A stretch of 64,000 bases of DNA from Epithemia pelagica. Its lineage: Eukaryota; Protista; Bacillariophyta. The notes under the pieces were generated by a model that was not told the origin of the DNA, did not search any database, and saw only the letters and a program-made list of their open reading frames with translations. Positions 1 to 11,142 of this stretch are shown one piece after another. Numbering within the stretch: the first letter of the stretch is position 1; the number at the start of each line of letters is the position of its first letter. The translations under genes were made by a program, and so were the position numbers. The stretch covers positions 2,914,001-2,978,000 of the forward strand of contig OX337237.1 in NCBI GenBank assembly GCA_946965045.2, written 5' to 3'.

Positions 1-878
1 ACTGCTCGGAAGCGTCCCGTCTAAAAGATTGTTATCAAGGATCCACCATTCCAAATTCGTCAGGGTGCCTACCGCTTCAGGGATTGGTCCCGTCAAGGCA
101 TTGCTTTGAAGATCCCAAACTTCCAAGTCCGTCAAGTATGTCATGCTGGACGGAATGGTCCCATAAAGCTCATTCTTGGACAAGCGCGAAATGGTCAAAT
201 GTGACAAGAGGCCCACATCATGGGACAATTGTCCCTTGAGTCCTTGCTGGGTAATGGAGAATCGTCGTACCACATCCACTCGTTGCGCGCAGGAAATTAA
301 GGTACAAAGGAGTTCCTCGGGCTGGTTGTTCGTCACGGTGGTGTTCTCCGTTCCTAAAATAAAGAACAGTTCCTCGCATTCGACCATGGCCCAGTCGCAT
401 TCATGAGCATCCGTGAGCCACGCGGTTTGTGCCACACTGTTCCATTCGGAACCAGTGGTGAGTTGAAAAAACCACAACGTGGCCAAGGCATAGCGTTGCA
501 AGATTCGTTTCGAATCGAGAAGAGGATCCAACGTAATGGCTACGGAATCCTGGTTCAAAATCCATGCCAAGGCTGCTTCTTCCGTGGTGGGATTGGTTGC
601 CTCCGCAGATGGAAAGGACAAGGGTGTTGTCAACAGCGTTTGGTTTTGGATCAATTCCAGAATGCCTTGTTTTCGGGGATCCCAAGGAGTCGGTGCACTG
701 GAGGGAACCATGGAGGGTTGCCCGGTTGGAGCCCATGACACGGTGGGAACCCCAGAGGGTACCAAAGAAACGGACTGTTGTGTTGTTGAGAAGAGGAGAC
801 AGACTCGTTCGTCAGATTCCATGGTACGACAAAAACGGCAAGGACCACCACCACAATCACCACAACGGCCAGGCACAC
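1..878 (-). CDS. Leucine-rich repeat (receptor-like) protein, 3' end runs off the window; not in the ORF track
   Basis: Manual translation of the minus frame ending at base 1 (open from 912, ATG at 822) gives ...LQRYALATLWFF...WLTDAHECDWAMVEC...GLKGQLSHDVGLLSHLTISRLSKNELYGTIPSSMTYLTDLEVWDLQSNALTGPIPEAVGTLTNLEWWILDNNLLDGTLPSS, i.e. plant-type LxxLxLxxNxLxGxIP repeats with an LRR N-cap. A TM-like stretch (CLAVVVIVVVVLAVFVV) lies in another frame at ~825-878. Confidence 0.88.
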
Positions 879-1038
879 TCAATTGTTTCCACACCAAAAT
901 CACGACACACATGCGACCCGACTACTCACCCCCTTGGGGAGGAAGACAAGACAAAGAGGCTCCAACAGCGCAAAAGCTCTCTATCGCTCTGCTATTGGAA
1001 TCCATAACCTTTTGTCGTCCATCGGCTTTTCATCATTC

Positions 1039-2481
1039 ATGGTACTCGCTGAACCACAAGAAGAACAAGAATCCAACCATTTCTTCCAGCAGCAGCAGCA
1101 GCAAGACGACCATTGTTCCACTTTGTCTGTCAAGATTGCCCTGTCGTCCTTGCGAAATGAGGTCGATTGGGACGCGATTATATCGCGATTGGTACCACCA
1201 GTACCATCGAAAAACGCCCAGGATGATGAAAACAGCAGTAGCAAGAATCATCATCATCATCAAGACCTGGAGCAAGATCCATTGGGTATAGCGACGGTCC
1301 AGTTGCCTCCAGCGGCATCGGTCTTAGTGCAACAAGCATGGAATGCCATTTATCCACTCCAGTCCGATGAAACGGATGAGGAATGTACCATTTCTCCACG
1401 CATGACTGCCTTTGATTGGTGGCAATCGAATCCGCAATGGATTCGTTTTGTCCAAGCCAATGATGATACAGCTCATTGCAATGGCTATCATCCTCACGCC
1501 GCTCACGATAGGACTACTAACACAACGACAACGACTGCAACATCCTCCTCCTCCTTGTCCAATCGGTACAATCAGTATCGACGCGGACTGGTCTTATCCA
1601 ATGGCATGCATACCTGTCCTCGACCCGACGACTATGCCATGCCGGACCACACATCTGCCGGCGCAGAGCGGAGAAAGGAATTGGATAGTGCCTTGACGGA
1701 TTTTTATATTATTCTGCATGCCATTTTGGATCATTTGTTGCACGCCTTGGCACGACATTGGCACTTGTCCTTGTCGGGGTACGCTAGTACCAATGAGGGA
1801 AGCAGCACCCATTGGTTTCAACACGTCATGGGACCGACGCGAGAACACAGTCAATGGCACGTGAAGGAATACATGACACCTGTTTACGACAAAGAAGACG
1901 ACATCACACCACAGGAATGGTTGCCGGCTCATACTGATCCTTCCTTGCTGTCCATTGTCATGCATCCTCATCGTCCTTCCAAACGCACGCGTACGACTCT
2001 GACCCACCACCACACGGAATCAGTCCAGCCTCCTCGTCCCTGGCAGGGATTGCAATTTTATCACAATCAAACGTGGCATGACCTGGAGGAACCACCCGAG
2101 TTTCACGAGTCCCTCCACCACCCCGAACAAGCCGTGCCTACTACGGCTGTCATCCTGGTCGGATCGGTCTTGTCTGCCTTGACGGGAGGAGCCGTTCGGG
2201 CGTGTCGCCATCGTGTCGTGTACCGACCGGAGGAACCTCGAGATACGAATGGTGGTCGTTGTCGTCGTGCCGCCGTGACCTTGTTTGGACGACCGGCCCC
2301 CACGGCTCCCATGACTTGTTTGTCACCCTTTGCCACTGCCACCACTGCAACCAATGGCAATCCGGCGATACGAGCAAAGGTTCGGCAGCACCCGCAAACC
2401 TTTGCCGATTGGCTGGCACGTGTAGCTCGCAAGTACGAAAAAGCCAAACGTACACCAAAAGGCGAACCGCCAACGTCGTGA
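1039..2481 (+). CDS. 2-oxoglutarate/Fe(II)-dependent dioxygenase (IPNS-like fold)
   Basis: ORF 883..2481 has PAHTDPSLLSIV (HxD), GLQFY, ACRHRVV (distal His) and RAAVTLFGRP. Likely ATG at 1039 (MVLAEP); the track start is an alternative codon. Confidence 0.85.
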   Translation: MVLAEPQEEQESNHFFQQQQQQDDHCSTLSVKIALSSLRNEVDWDAIISRLVPPVPSKNAQDDENSSSKNHHHHQDLEQDPLGIATVQLPPAASVLVQQAWNAIYPLQSDETDEECTISPRMTAFDWWQSNPQWIRFVQANDDTAHCNGYHPHAAHDRTTNTTTTTATSSSSLSNRYNQYRRGLVLSNGMHTCPRPDDYAMPDHTSAGAERRKELDSALTDFYIILHAILDHLLHALARHWHLSLSGYASTNEGSSTHWFQHVMGPTREHSQWHVKEYMTPVYDKEDDITPQEWLPAHTDPSLLSIVMHPHRPSKRTRTTLTHHHTESVQPPRPWQGLQFYHNQTWHDLEEPPEFHESLHHPEQAVPTTAVILVGSVLSALTGGAVRACRHRVVYRPEEPRDTNGGRCRRAAVTLFGRPAPTAPMTCLSPFATATTATNGNPAIRAKVRQHPQTFADWLARVARKYEKAKRTPKGEPPTS

Positions 2482-3046
2482 CGAATATGAGACAAAGAGA
2501 GGAACAGGAAAAGTGTGAATTTGTGAGCTTGTCTAAGTCAAGATGCAATTACTTCTTGTGGGTTTCCCATCGCCGTTACTTTGGTTGCGTCGAGCAATAC
2601 CTGGCAATGGTGCACTGGATGACCGAGTAAATAGGGAACTACTGACAAAAAGGTGGTGATTTTTGCAAACTATGTACCCTTTCTCAAGAGACAGAGGTTT
2701 AGGGCACACATAATAACCACGACAACAAGAAAATCACACCAAAATCTCACTCATCGAACATTTTGAGTCATGGCAAACACTTTTCGATTCGAAGATGCAA
2801 GTATCCGTGGGTTTCCTGGAACACATGTACAATGATTTAGTCCTCACACGAAGAAAAGTGTGGAATATCTCCTAAGCCGCTCGGGCAACAAGCTGTGCAA
2901 CACGGGCAGAGTGCATTGTGGCAATTCTCCCGTCAAGTCATCACACCTTCATGAGGGCCAAAATCTATTCATGGAACTACTACACTGCTACAGCCGTCTT
3001 CATTAGACATTGAGAGCTACACGAAGTGCTAGAACACTCTTCTTCC

Positions 3047-3748
3047 TTATCGGTGGTGGATGGCTTCCATCCATTCGCCAACAATCCATTTGGATACAGC
3101 TGGAATATTCGCGTACGCCCTGTGCAAGGTATGCAAGTTGGGATACGAGGCTTCCAATGTCTTTACTGTCAAGTGCCCCGTTTGAATGTGATCGTACAGG
3201 AGACTAAACATGGCGGCATCGCCCCACAAGGGAGCACCCGAAGGACTGGTGCTCAAATAGGCGGATCCATCCTCAGTTGTCTTGTATTTCCGGTACAATG
3301 CTTCAAATTTGGTCAAGGTATCAGGCAATGTTGTGGAGCGGTATTCTTCTTTTTCAGCGTCTGTGGCAGTAAAGGACTTTTCGACCCACATGTCACGAAA
3401 GCCTTGATATTCGTCCGCGACCATATCTTGTACATATTCCTTCCAGAAATCACCGGACGTCAGATTATGGACACGAGCAAGATATCTGGTAATGGCAATG
3501 TGTTGACTCAATTGACGATTGTCGTCGTCCATGTACACGACAGGAACGGTTCCACAAGGATTTTCACCCGATTCGACGAGTCGTTTCTTTTCGGTATCCC
3601 ATTCCGTCATTGGAACAAGTTTTTCTTGATAGGGAATTTGATGGGCCAGCAAAAAGAATCGGAGGGTTCCTCCACGGCCACCAATGTGTCCCAAGTCAAG
3701 GTATTCGAAGGAAACAGTATTCATGTTGGAAACAGTATTCATGTTCAA
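3047..3748 (-). CDS. Glutathione S-transferase (sigma-like), tandem copy A
   Basis: EYLDLGHIGGRGGTLRFFLL, NPCGTVPVV, LSQHIAITRYLAR, WGDAAMFSLL, YPNLHTLH match the GST N- and C-domain pattern; 233 aa. Confidence 0.92.
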   Translation of the reverse strand: MNMNTVSNMNTVSFEYLDLGHIGGRGGTLRFFLLAHQIPYQEKLVPMTEWDTEKKRLVESGENPCGTVPVVYMDDDNRQLSQHIAITRYLARVHNLTSGDFWKEYVQDMVADEYQGFRDMWVEKSFTATDAEKEEYRSTTLPDTLTKFEALYRKYKTTEDGSAYLSTSPSGAPLWGDAAMFSLLYDHIQTGHLTVKTLEASYPNLHTLHRAYANIPAVSKWIVGEWMEAIHHR

Positions 3749-4407
3749 TGTTGTTGTTTTTGGAAAAGTAGGAGTGTGTTGTTTTGGTTGGATCGTTATT
3801 TTGTGAGACTAAGGTCCACAGGTCGAGATTGCTGTCATGAAACTGGAACAGGGTTGCTACACGAAGGTGTTTGAACCTGTGTATCTGATCATTGTGTTCT
3901 TCATTGATGTGTTCTTGATATTTCATCGTGCTCAAGTCTTTTCTGATGGATGTTGCCATTTCTGTGCTCAAGTCATCTTTTGGATGTCATTCGGAACAGT
4001 GAGGAAGACAACTTCCGAATGACGTACCATAATACAGTATTGTGTATTGTATGGAGTATTTTGTGCGATCGATCTACGACCTCTACAAAAGACTAGGGCA
4101 GCTACCCTGCTCTATCTGCCCTGCAAAATGGTCTTAAAATCGTCAAGGAGGCAAGGATGGATTAGAAATGGAAACGACCATGACTGCTCGATGCACAATA
4201 AACGTCGCCATGCAATAAGAAAATGTCTCTTTGAATCAAAATCTACTGCCAAGGGCTTGATGACACTACGATCCACAAAGCAAGAACCATGCATCACACC
4301 TTCTATTCAGGGAACTACTACTCTGCTACAACCGTCTTTATTGGAAGATTCTTGAGAGTGACACAGCTAATAGAACACTATTTCTTACTTATCGGTGGTG
4401 GACGGCT

Positions 4408-5082
4408 TCAAAAAATCCATTTGGATACAGCTGGAATATTCGCGTACGCCTTGTGCAAGGCATACAAGTTGGGATACGAGGCTTCCAATGTCCTTAATGT
4501 CAAGTGTCCCGTTTGAATGTGGTCATACAGGAGACTAAACATGGCGGCATCGCCCCACAAGGGAGCACCCGAAGGACTGGTGCTCAAATAGGCGCATCCA
4601 TCCTCAGTTGTCTTGTATTTCTGGTACAATGCTTCAAATTTGGTCAAGGTATCAGGCAATGTTGTGGAGCGGTATTCTTCTTTTTCGGCGTCTGTGGCCG
4701 TAAAGGACTTTTCGACCCATATGTCACGAAAGCCTTGATATTCGTCCGCGGCCATATCTTGTACATAATCCTTCCTGAAATCACCTGACGTGGTCAGATT
4801 ATGGACACGAGCTAGATATCTGGTAATGGCAATGTGTTGACTCAATTGACGATTGTCGTCGTCCATATAAACGACAGGAACGGTTGCACAAGGATTTTCG
4901 CCCGATTCGACGAGTCGTTTCTTTTCGGTACCCCATTCCGTCATTGGAACAAGTTTTTCTTGATAGGGAATTTGATGGGCCAGCAAAAAGAATCGGAGGG
5001 TTCCTCCACGGCCACCAATGTGTCCCAAGTCAAGGTATTCGAAAGACACAGGCTTCATGTTGGAAACAGTATTCATGTTCAA
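4408..5082 (-). CDS. Glutathione S-transferase, tandem copy B (C-terminal tail lost)
   Basis: Near-identical protein to copy A. Ends KWIF* because of a net 11-nt shorter 3' end. Confidence 0.9.
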   Translation of the reverse strand: MNMNTVSNMKPVSFEYLDLGHIGGRGGTLRFFLLAHQIPYQEKLVPMTEWGTEKKRLVESGENPCATVPVVYMDDDNRQLSQHIAITRYLARVHNLTTSGDFRKDYVQDMAADEYQGFRDIWVEKSFTATDAEKEEYRSTTLPDTLTKFEALYQKYKTTEDGCAYLSTSPSGAPLWGDAAMFSLLYDHIQTGHLTLRTLEASYPNLYALHKAYANIPAVSKWIF

Positions 5083-5673
5083 TGTTGTTGTTTTTGGAAA
5101 AGTTGGAGTTTTGTTTTGGTTGGATCGTTATTTTGTGAGATTAAGGTCCACAGGTCAAGATTGCTGTCATGAAACTGGAACATGGTTGCTACACGAAGGT
5201 ATTGGAAACTGTGTACCTGATCATTGTGTTTTTCGTTGATGTGTTCTTGATATTTCATTATGCTCAAGTCTTTTCTCTTGGATGTTGCCACTTCTGTGCT
5301 CAAGTCATATTTTGGATGTCACTCGGAACAGTCAAGAAGACAACTTCCGAATGACGTACTATATAATATAGCTACTATGAGTACCCTAGCGATTCTATCT
5401 ACCACCTCTCTTCCTATTTCTGTTTTTCGATAAGCCCGATGATCATCATATGGCCTCCCTTACATGGATCAGCAACTGATCTCATATCTCTGTATATCTT
5501 TGCTTTATTGCGGCCTACAATTCGATACCAGAGAGCAGGAGTGTTGTATCGCCGTTTTCTACTTCCACTTGATGAGAAGGAAAATCACCTATTTCTTGGC
5601 GCTTAAGCCTAGTACTACTAAGTTACATCGAAGAAGGGTACTTCAGAGGTTTATAGTATACCATTCTTGTCTC

Positions 5674-6341
5674 TTAGCCAACAAACGGATACGTGCCGTA
5701 GAGTAACTGGTCCTTAATGGCTTGGAGTGTAAAGGAAGCCAAGTCCTTAAAGGCCGTCTTGCTCGTCGGAGGAGTCTCCGTGACCGCCAGAGTGGCTCCG
5801 CCCTCCGAGTCGTCCAATGCCGACGGGCGAGTGACAATTGTCTTGAAATCGATATCGGATTGAATCGAGTCGACATACTTGATGACGGCCTCGTTGTCCA
5901 TGTAGTTGGGCCCTAATCCCATGACCCAGCTTCCGAGAATCACCCGAAAGATTCTTATCATAAAGGGCAAGTCTCCATTTGGCAAGGCTGAGAAGGCCCC
6001 CGCCTGGAACAGAAACACCTTGATGGTCTTGACTTGCTTCATGAGACCGACGAGGGTCGTGACAAAGTTGAGCATGAGATCCGGGGGGAGTCTGCCTGTT
6101 TGCCAGTCATGGGACCACCGGCCAAGGACACTACATAGTCAGCCCCGGTAATCGTCTTTTGGATGGCATCCTTGTTGAAAAAGTCGCCCTCAATGACAGT
6201 CAACTTGTTATTGGTTAGAGTGATCTTGGACGGAGTACGGACCATGATCTTTACCGTGTATCCAGCCTCCAATGCCATGGACAAAAAGTGCTTGCCAGTG
6301 CCACCAGTTGCGCCAAACAATGCAATCGTCTCACCCGACAT
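5674..6341 (-). CDS. NAD(P)H-binding Rossmann-fold reductase (flavin reductase/BLVRB-like), split by a 1-nt frameshift
   Basis: N-half IALFGATGGTGKHFL...VIEGDFFNKDAI...GADYVVSLAG (6039..6341). C-half LMLNFV...TIVTRPSALDD...DLASF (5674..6075). One extra base in the G6 run at 6083-6088 would fuse the two frames. Confidence 0.85.
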
Positions 6342-6991
6342 GATTCTTCTTCCTTAGAGCTTGTAAATCGATGGATATACAGAATACAGATAGCTGATGT
6401 GATGATCTGTGGGCACAGGCTCTTCTTTTGTTTTTTTGGATTTTGGATCTCTTTTTTCTTTTTTCTTTTTTTGCTGTGAGGTACTTCTTCGAACAAGCGC
6501 GATGTTCCTGTTCTTTTCCTGTGTGATTTTTCGCAGATGTCGTATTCCAGAGATTCGCTGTCGTATTCTCAGCTTTCTATAAGTGCAAGAGTACAAGCGA
6601 CATGGGGGAGCAGTACCGTTAATACTATCCTTTTTATTGTACAGTTTCGCCTTCTCATTTCTGATGTCGCTGTTCGCAGTACGGAACCGCGGCTTCCGAG
6701 TGAAGTACTCTATAAGATAGTCTACTGATATAGTACTCTTCAATTATATATTGATTGGTGTAGAGATGAACTGCGAGACAGGCAGACGCACAAACAATGC
6801 ACAATATTATTGGATCCACGCGTGCCAATCCCGGATGACTTGCACGTTGGGCGATACTCTCTCCCTCTCTCTCTTAGTTTAGTATTCCATCTACTCCTCT
6901 AAGAATCAAAGAGTCAGAGCGTATATGTCCATCAAGCAATGCTCTTTTCAATCATTGCGTTTCCCTTTCAGAACATTGGCAATCTCCAAGA

Positions 6992-8938
6992 ATGCGTCGT
7001 CGTCCGAGTATCCTGTCACTATGGGCCATGACCGTGGCCATTGCTCTTTTGTTTTCCAGTTTCATTAGCTTTTGGAACCTTGATGATCGGCAGTTCCAGG
7101 AGGATACTACGCGGAAACCTATGTTGGTATCGTTGGATACGTATCGAATGACCTCTCGACGAGCTCCGTTTTGGAATGGGACCGGTCATGGCATGAAAAG
7201 CCACTACACAAGTCGTCTCGACACCATTCAAGCAAACTCCAGGTCACACAACGACAAACCTTTGCATTCACCAAGGCCCGATCCAACAAATCAAAGGCCG
7301 CACAACAGGCACAGTTATTTGAATATTGACAATGAGACGTTGATTCGATCCTGGGGGTGTAGTTTGACGGAAATGCCATTTATCTTTGTCCACCTGGGCA
7401 AAATGGGTGGTGGTTCCATTCGACGACAAATTGCCTACAGTGCGACCAACTACACGCGGTCGGTGGAAGATTGGTACAAACCGGAACTGGATGACTCCTA
7501 TTACATGTCCAGTCGTTTTCAAAACAACAACAAGAGTGGATCGAATCGTACCAACCACAAGGCATATTTTTGCAATAGTGGGCATCTCCATTTCATGCCC
7601 ATTGCGAAACATGAAAGCTTTGAAGGAACGCGTGTTTGTTTGGCCATGACTCCAGTGGGACAAGCGTTGGTCTGTCCCGAACTTGATGCACCCAATCCAT
7701 GTCGTCGAACGAATTTCACGCCGGACGACTATGTCGTGTACGTGGGTCACAATGGAGTGGGTACCGAACTGCATTGGTTATCCTCGGACTTTTTGCAATC
7801 CTGGTGGAACCAAACGTGGGCCAATCCATCCTTTTTCGGGGGTCCAGTGGACTCTGATGGTTGGAATGGGACAACGGATGGTCTGTTTCTCGCCCAGCAA
7901 TGGAAGCATCGACAACAATTTGGAAACGAGGCCCGATATCCCGAACACCAGGACAAGACACTTGCTCGTGTGTCAAGCCTGGATGGCGCGACGCATCGTA
8001 TCTTGCAGCGTTTCCTCGAAACCAAGAACCAGGAATTTATCGTGCAACGTCCCTTCCAACAAGACCAGCACCAATCTCTTGACTTGAACGAGACTACTGA
8101 GAAGAATGCAACAAGAAGTCGTTCTCGTGGGCGTTTGTACGCTGCTCTTTATGCATCCCTTCCGGTATTGCGTGCCATCATGATACGAGAACCATTCTCA
8201 TGGTTGGGTTCCATTTTCGCATGGCAAGAATTGTCCAACATGGGGGTGGATTGTCACGATATTGCCTATGCGACAGATTCCACCAACCATTGGACCTTGT
8301 ATCGAGCACCCGTCACTGCCACCATCCAAGACCTTGTTGTCCACAATGGGTCGAGTGTCGACTGGAGCATAATGACTCGTGACATTCAAATGATCCCAAT
8401 GCATCATGCCGGCTGGATGCGACGGTTGGCCTTGGATCAGATTTACGACTGGTGTGGAGCCGATTGTCGTGTGCGGCACTTGTTCCATCCTGGTACCACG
8501 CTCGAGGAACTGGTGGCCCAAGCGGAATGGAATTTGCGGCATTCCTTTAGTGTCGTGGGAATTTTTAGTACCATGGAGGACGACGAGTCCAGAAAGTCAC
8601 TCGATCGATCTTCGTTGTCTTCTTCTGGGCGTGGCCAAGAAACATTTTTGGAAATGCTTGCCCAGCGGATTGATTATCTACATCAGATTGTTCAACCAAA
8701 AGTGAGTGCCAGCAATGGCAATACCTCAGACGACGGTCGTCATTCCACCGAAGGATTGGATCAAGACTGCAAACAAATATTTCTCGATGCTTCCTTTCAA
8801 CGGGCTGTTCTCCAAGCGTCCCCCGAAGTATCCGCCTTGGTACATCTCTATCAAGTGGCGGTCCAAGTCAATCAATTTCAACAAGAGGAATTACACAAGT
8901 GTCGTCCTTTGCATATGGATGCACGCTTGAAGGACTAG
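6992..8938 (+). CDS. Type II membrane sulfotransferase-like protein (paralog 1)
   Basis: N-terminal signal anchor, FIFVHLGKMGGGSIRRQI (5'-PSB-like) and IMIREPFSWLGSIFAW (3'-PB-like); 648 aa. Confidence 0.75.
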   Translation: MRRRPSILSLWAMTVAIALLFSSFISFWNLDDRQFQEDTTRKPMLVSLDTYRMTSRRAPFWNGTGHGMKSHYTSRLDTIQANSRSHNDKPLHSPRPDPTNQRPHNRHSYLNIDNETLIRSWGCSLTEMPFIFVHLGKMGGGSIRRQIAYSATNYTRSVEDWYKPELDDSYYMSSRFQNNNKSGSNRTNHKAYFCNSGHLHFMPIAKHESFEGTRVCLAMTPVGQALVCPELDAPNPCRRTNFTPDDYVVYVGHNGVGTELHWLSSDFLQSWWNQTWANPSFFGGPVDSDGWNGTTDGLFLAQQWKHRQQFGNEARYPEHQDKTLARVSSLDGATHRILQRFLETKNQEFIVQRPFQQDQHQSLDLNETTEKNATRSRSRGRLYAALYASLPVLRAIMIREPFSWLGSIFAWQELSNMGVDCHDIAYATDSTNHWTLYRAPVTATIQDLVVHNGSSVDWSIMTRDIQMIPMHHAGWMRRLALDQIYDWCGADCRVRHLFHPGTTLEELVAQAEWNLRHSFSVVGIFSTMEDDESRKSLDRSSLSSSGRGQETFLEMLAQRIDYLHQIVQPKVSASNGNTSDDGRHSTEGLDQDCKQIFLDASFQRAVLQASPEVSALVHLYQVAVQVNQFQQEELHKCRPLHMDARLKD

Positions 8939-9602
8939 AGAAATGCGCAGTATCACGGAGAAAGTGACAATGAACGAGAAAAGGGAAGAAATCAATGTCC
9001 GCTATGGAAAGGACGAAGCGAAGGTCTCCGATTTGAAGACAAGAATTTTTCAACCGTAGGAGATATTCAGAACTCAACTCCGACTCCAAAAACTTCGATC
9101 AACACTGACCACTCAGGTCAACGAAAGTGTTTTGTCGAAAACGCAAAACCATTTCTCGAGGAAAGCATGTATGCATTGACGTCCAAGAGTGGTAGTAGTT
9201 GTTCTTCCTCTTCTTCCGATGAGCAAGATTATAGGGTCTATTACATCGATGAAAGCTAAAGAAGAAGAAGCATTCGCCTTTCTGTTCATAGTTCATACGG
9301 TCCGTAGTTCCATATGCGACCAAAGAATTTGTTTCCCACTCGCCGCGACTGCGAGCTGCTATAGCAGCACGCGCGGTGATCATGTGGCGAGATCAGTCCT
9401 CACGAAATATTTTATGTGCGCGACGTTGAGAATGAAAATTTTGTTTGGCACGAATCCTGTAAGATCGAACCTTTGTCGAAGAACCTAGCACAACAGATTG
9501 CGATTTCGTTGGAACACTATATCCACAGATCCATTTGTCACAGACAGAAACAATAGCAGTAGAAACCTGCCTAAATTCCAAAATCTTTTCCCTTTCCTAG
9601 AA

Positions 9603-11142
9603 ATGCAAGATCAAACTCAGCAATCTTGCGCAACAGTCGATGATAAAAGAATGAACCACAGCATGAGCTCGCAAGTGCATGGCGTTGCGTATGGACGCTC
9701 AAGAACCAACAATGTATGCTTTCCATTTCGTTTGCTAAAAGGGCTCTTGTTGCTTTTCGTGCCATTTCCCATTGCCGCCACTTCCAGTCCGATTCCTCAA
9801 CAGCAGTGTAAACAAGAAGATACATCGCTATCTTTAGTAGATCAAGTGATTGACTGGACGCGCTCCAATGGTGGATTCATCCACGAAAAGGTCGTGAATC
9901 AACAAATTGGTCCTGGACTCAGTGGTTTATACTCCACGGGTCCCATTGCCGAGGGAGAACTTCTCATGAGCATTCCTTGGCATCTCATCATTCGGCCTGG
10001 CTCAAATCTCTCTCGCAGTGTATATGAAGATGAACAGGACGAAGATGAAGAATACGAAGATGACGAATATGAAGATGAAGAATACGACGATGAAGAAGAC
10101 GGTGATGGGTATTTGTCTTGTTCCACAGTCCGTAATGTCCGAGATGCCGTGACGGGAAAGAAAAAACTGGATCCTTCGTGCCAAACTCCCTATGAACAAT
10201 ATTTATCGACCCGATCGCGTGAGTACCATCCATGGTTCTGGTCAAAGCCAGGCCAGGTGCTGTTACAAGAACTGTTGGAGGAAAGTGGCATTGAAGTCAA
10301 TGCCGACTATGAGGACTGGAATGAAACATGGGTAGAGCAATGCGGAGAAGAAGCGGATGAGGGTATTTTGCAGGCTATTTTTCTTTTGCGAACGCGTGGA
10401 GAGGGAGATGATATGAATCTTTTGGTCCCCGTGGGAGATATACTAAACCATCGTGTACGTGGAGCTTTGTAAAAAACTGTGCTTGCAATTCTCGGACTGT
10501 GTTTGTAACTCACACGTGAGGGCTATTTCATGTACGCCACTTCTTTCTGATTAGAATGGCAATTTCACCAATGTCGACATTGTCGTCCAGGACGACAAAG
10601 AGGTCCTATACGTTGCAAAACGAAACATTCGGGCTGGAGAGCAACTTTCCAATTCCTACAATCAAAATAGGTATTGTCGGCGCTGCTTTTCCAACGCTCG
10701 GAGCTCCGACTCATTTTTTGTGACCTCGCAACTCTTTGAGTACTACGGTTTTGTCGAGAACCCACCTCAGCGATGGGTCGTCACCGACGCCCGACTCGTT
10801 TTTGATCTTGTGCAATCGGCGGAAGGTAACAAGGAAGCGTCCTGCCGTTCATTGAGCGACTGTCCTTCGACCAATCTCACTATTCAGCACGCCGTTTCAC
10901 CCAGTCAAGATGGATTAACGGTTCTGACAGAGAAGCTTGAATCCTTGAAAGAATTTGAGGAAAAGCACAAAACTCGGAGTGACCTTCCCTCCCATGAGCT
11001 TTTGCAACTATTTGCCTTTCATCGAGCAATTGTGACGGCATACTCGTTGGTACTGCAACAATCGGAGGGACAAGAGCTTCGGTCGCATGTGTGGGAGCTG
11101 GGAGAAACGGAATGGTATCGTGAGCCCCATCCACAGCCATGA
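9603..11142 (+). CDS. SET-domain protein methyltransferase with N-terminal hydrophobic segment; join(9603..10454,10555..11142)
   Basis: GGFIHEK...GLYSTGPIAEGELLMSIPW...LLVPVGDILNHR, then a 100-bp intron gtacgt...ttctgattag (10455-10554), then NGNFTNV...AKRNIRAGEQLSNSYN...LFEYYGFVENPPQRW. The splice keeps the frame and links the two track ORFs. Start codon uncertain. Confidence 0.85.

Larger units (their letters stand above)
2970..5365. repeat. Tandem duplication of an ~1.33 kb GST unit (approx 2970-4035 and 4308-5365)
   Basis: Flanks also align: gaactactacactgctacagccgtc (~2975) vs gaactactactctgctacaaccgtc (~4312); gaagacaacttccgaatgacgtac at ~4004 and ~5337. Confidence 0.9.

Noticed and set aside
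6354-6743. 129-aa Lys-rich ORF upstream of the reductase
   Set aside because: Derives from a T-rich intergenic tract; no motif.
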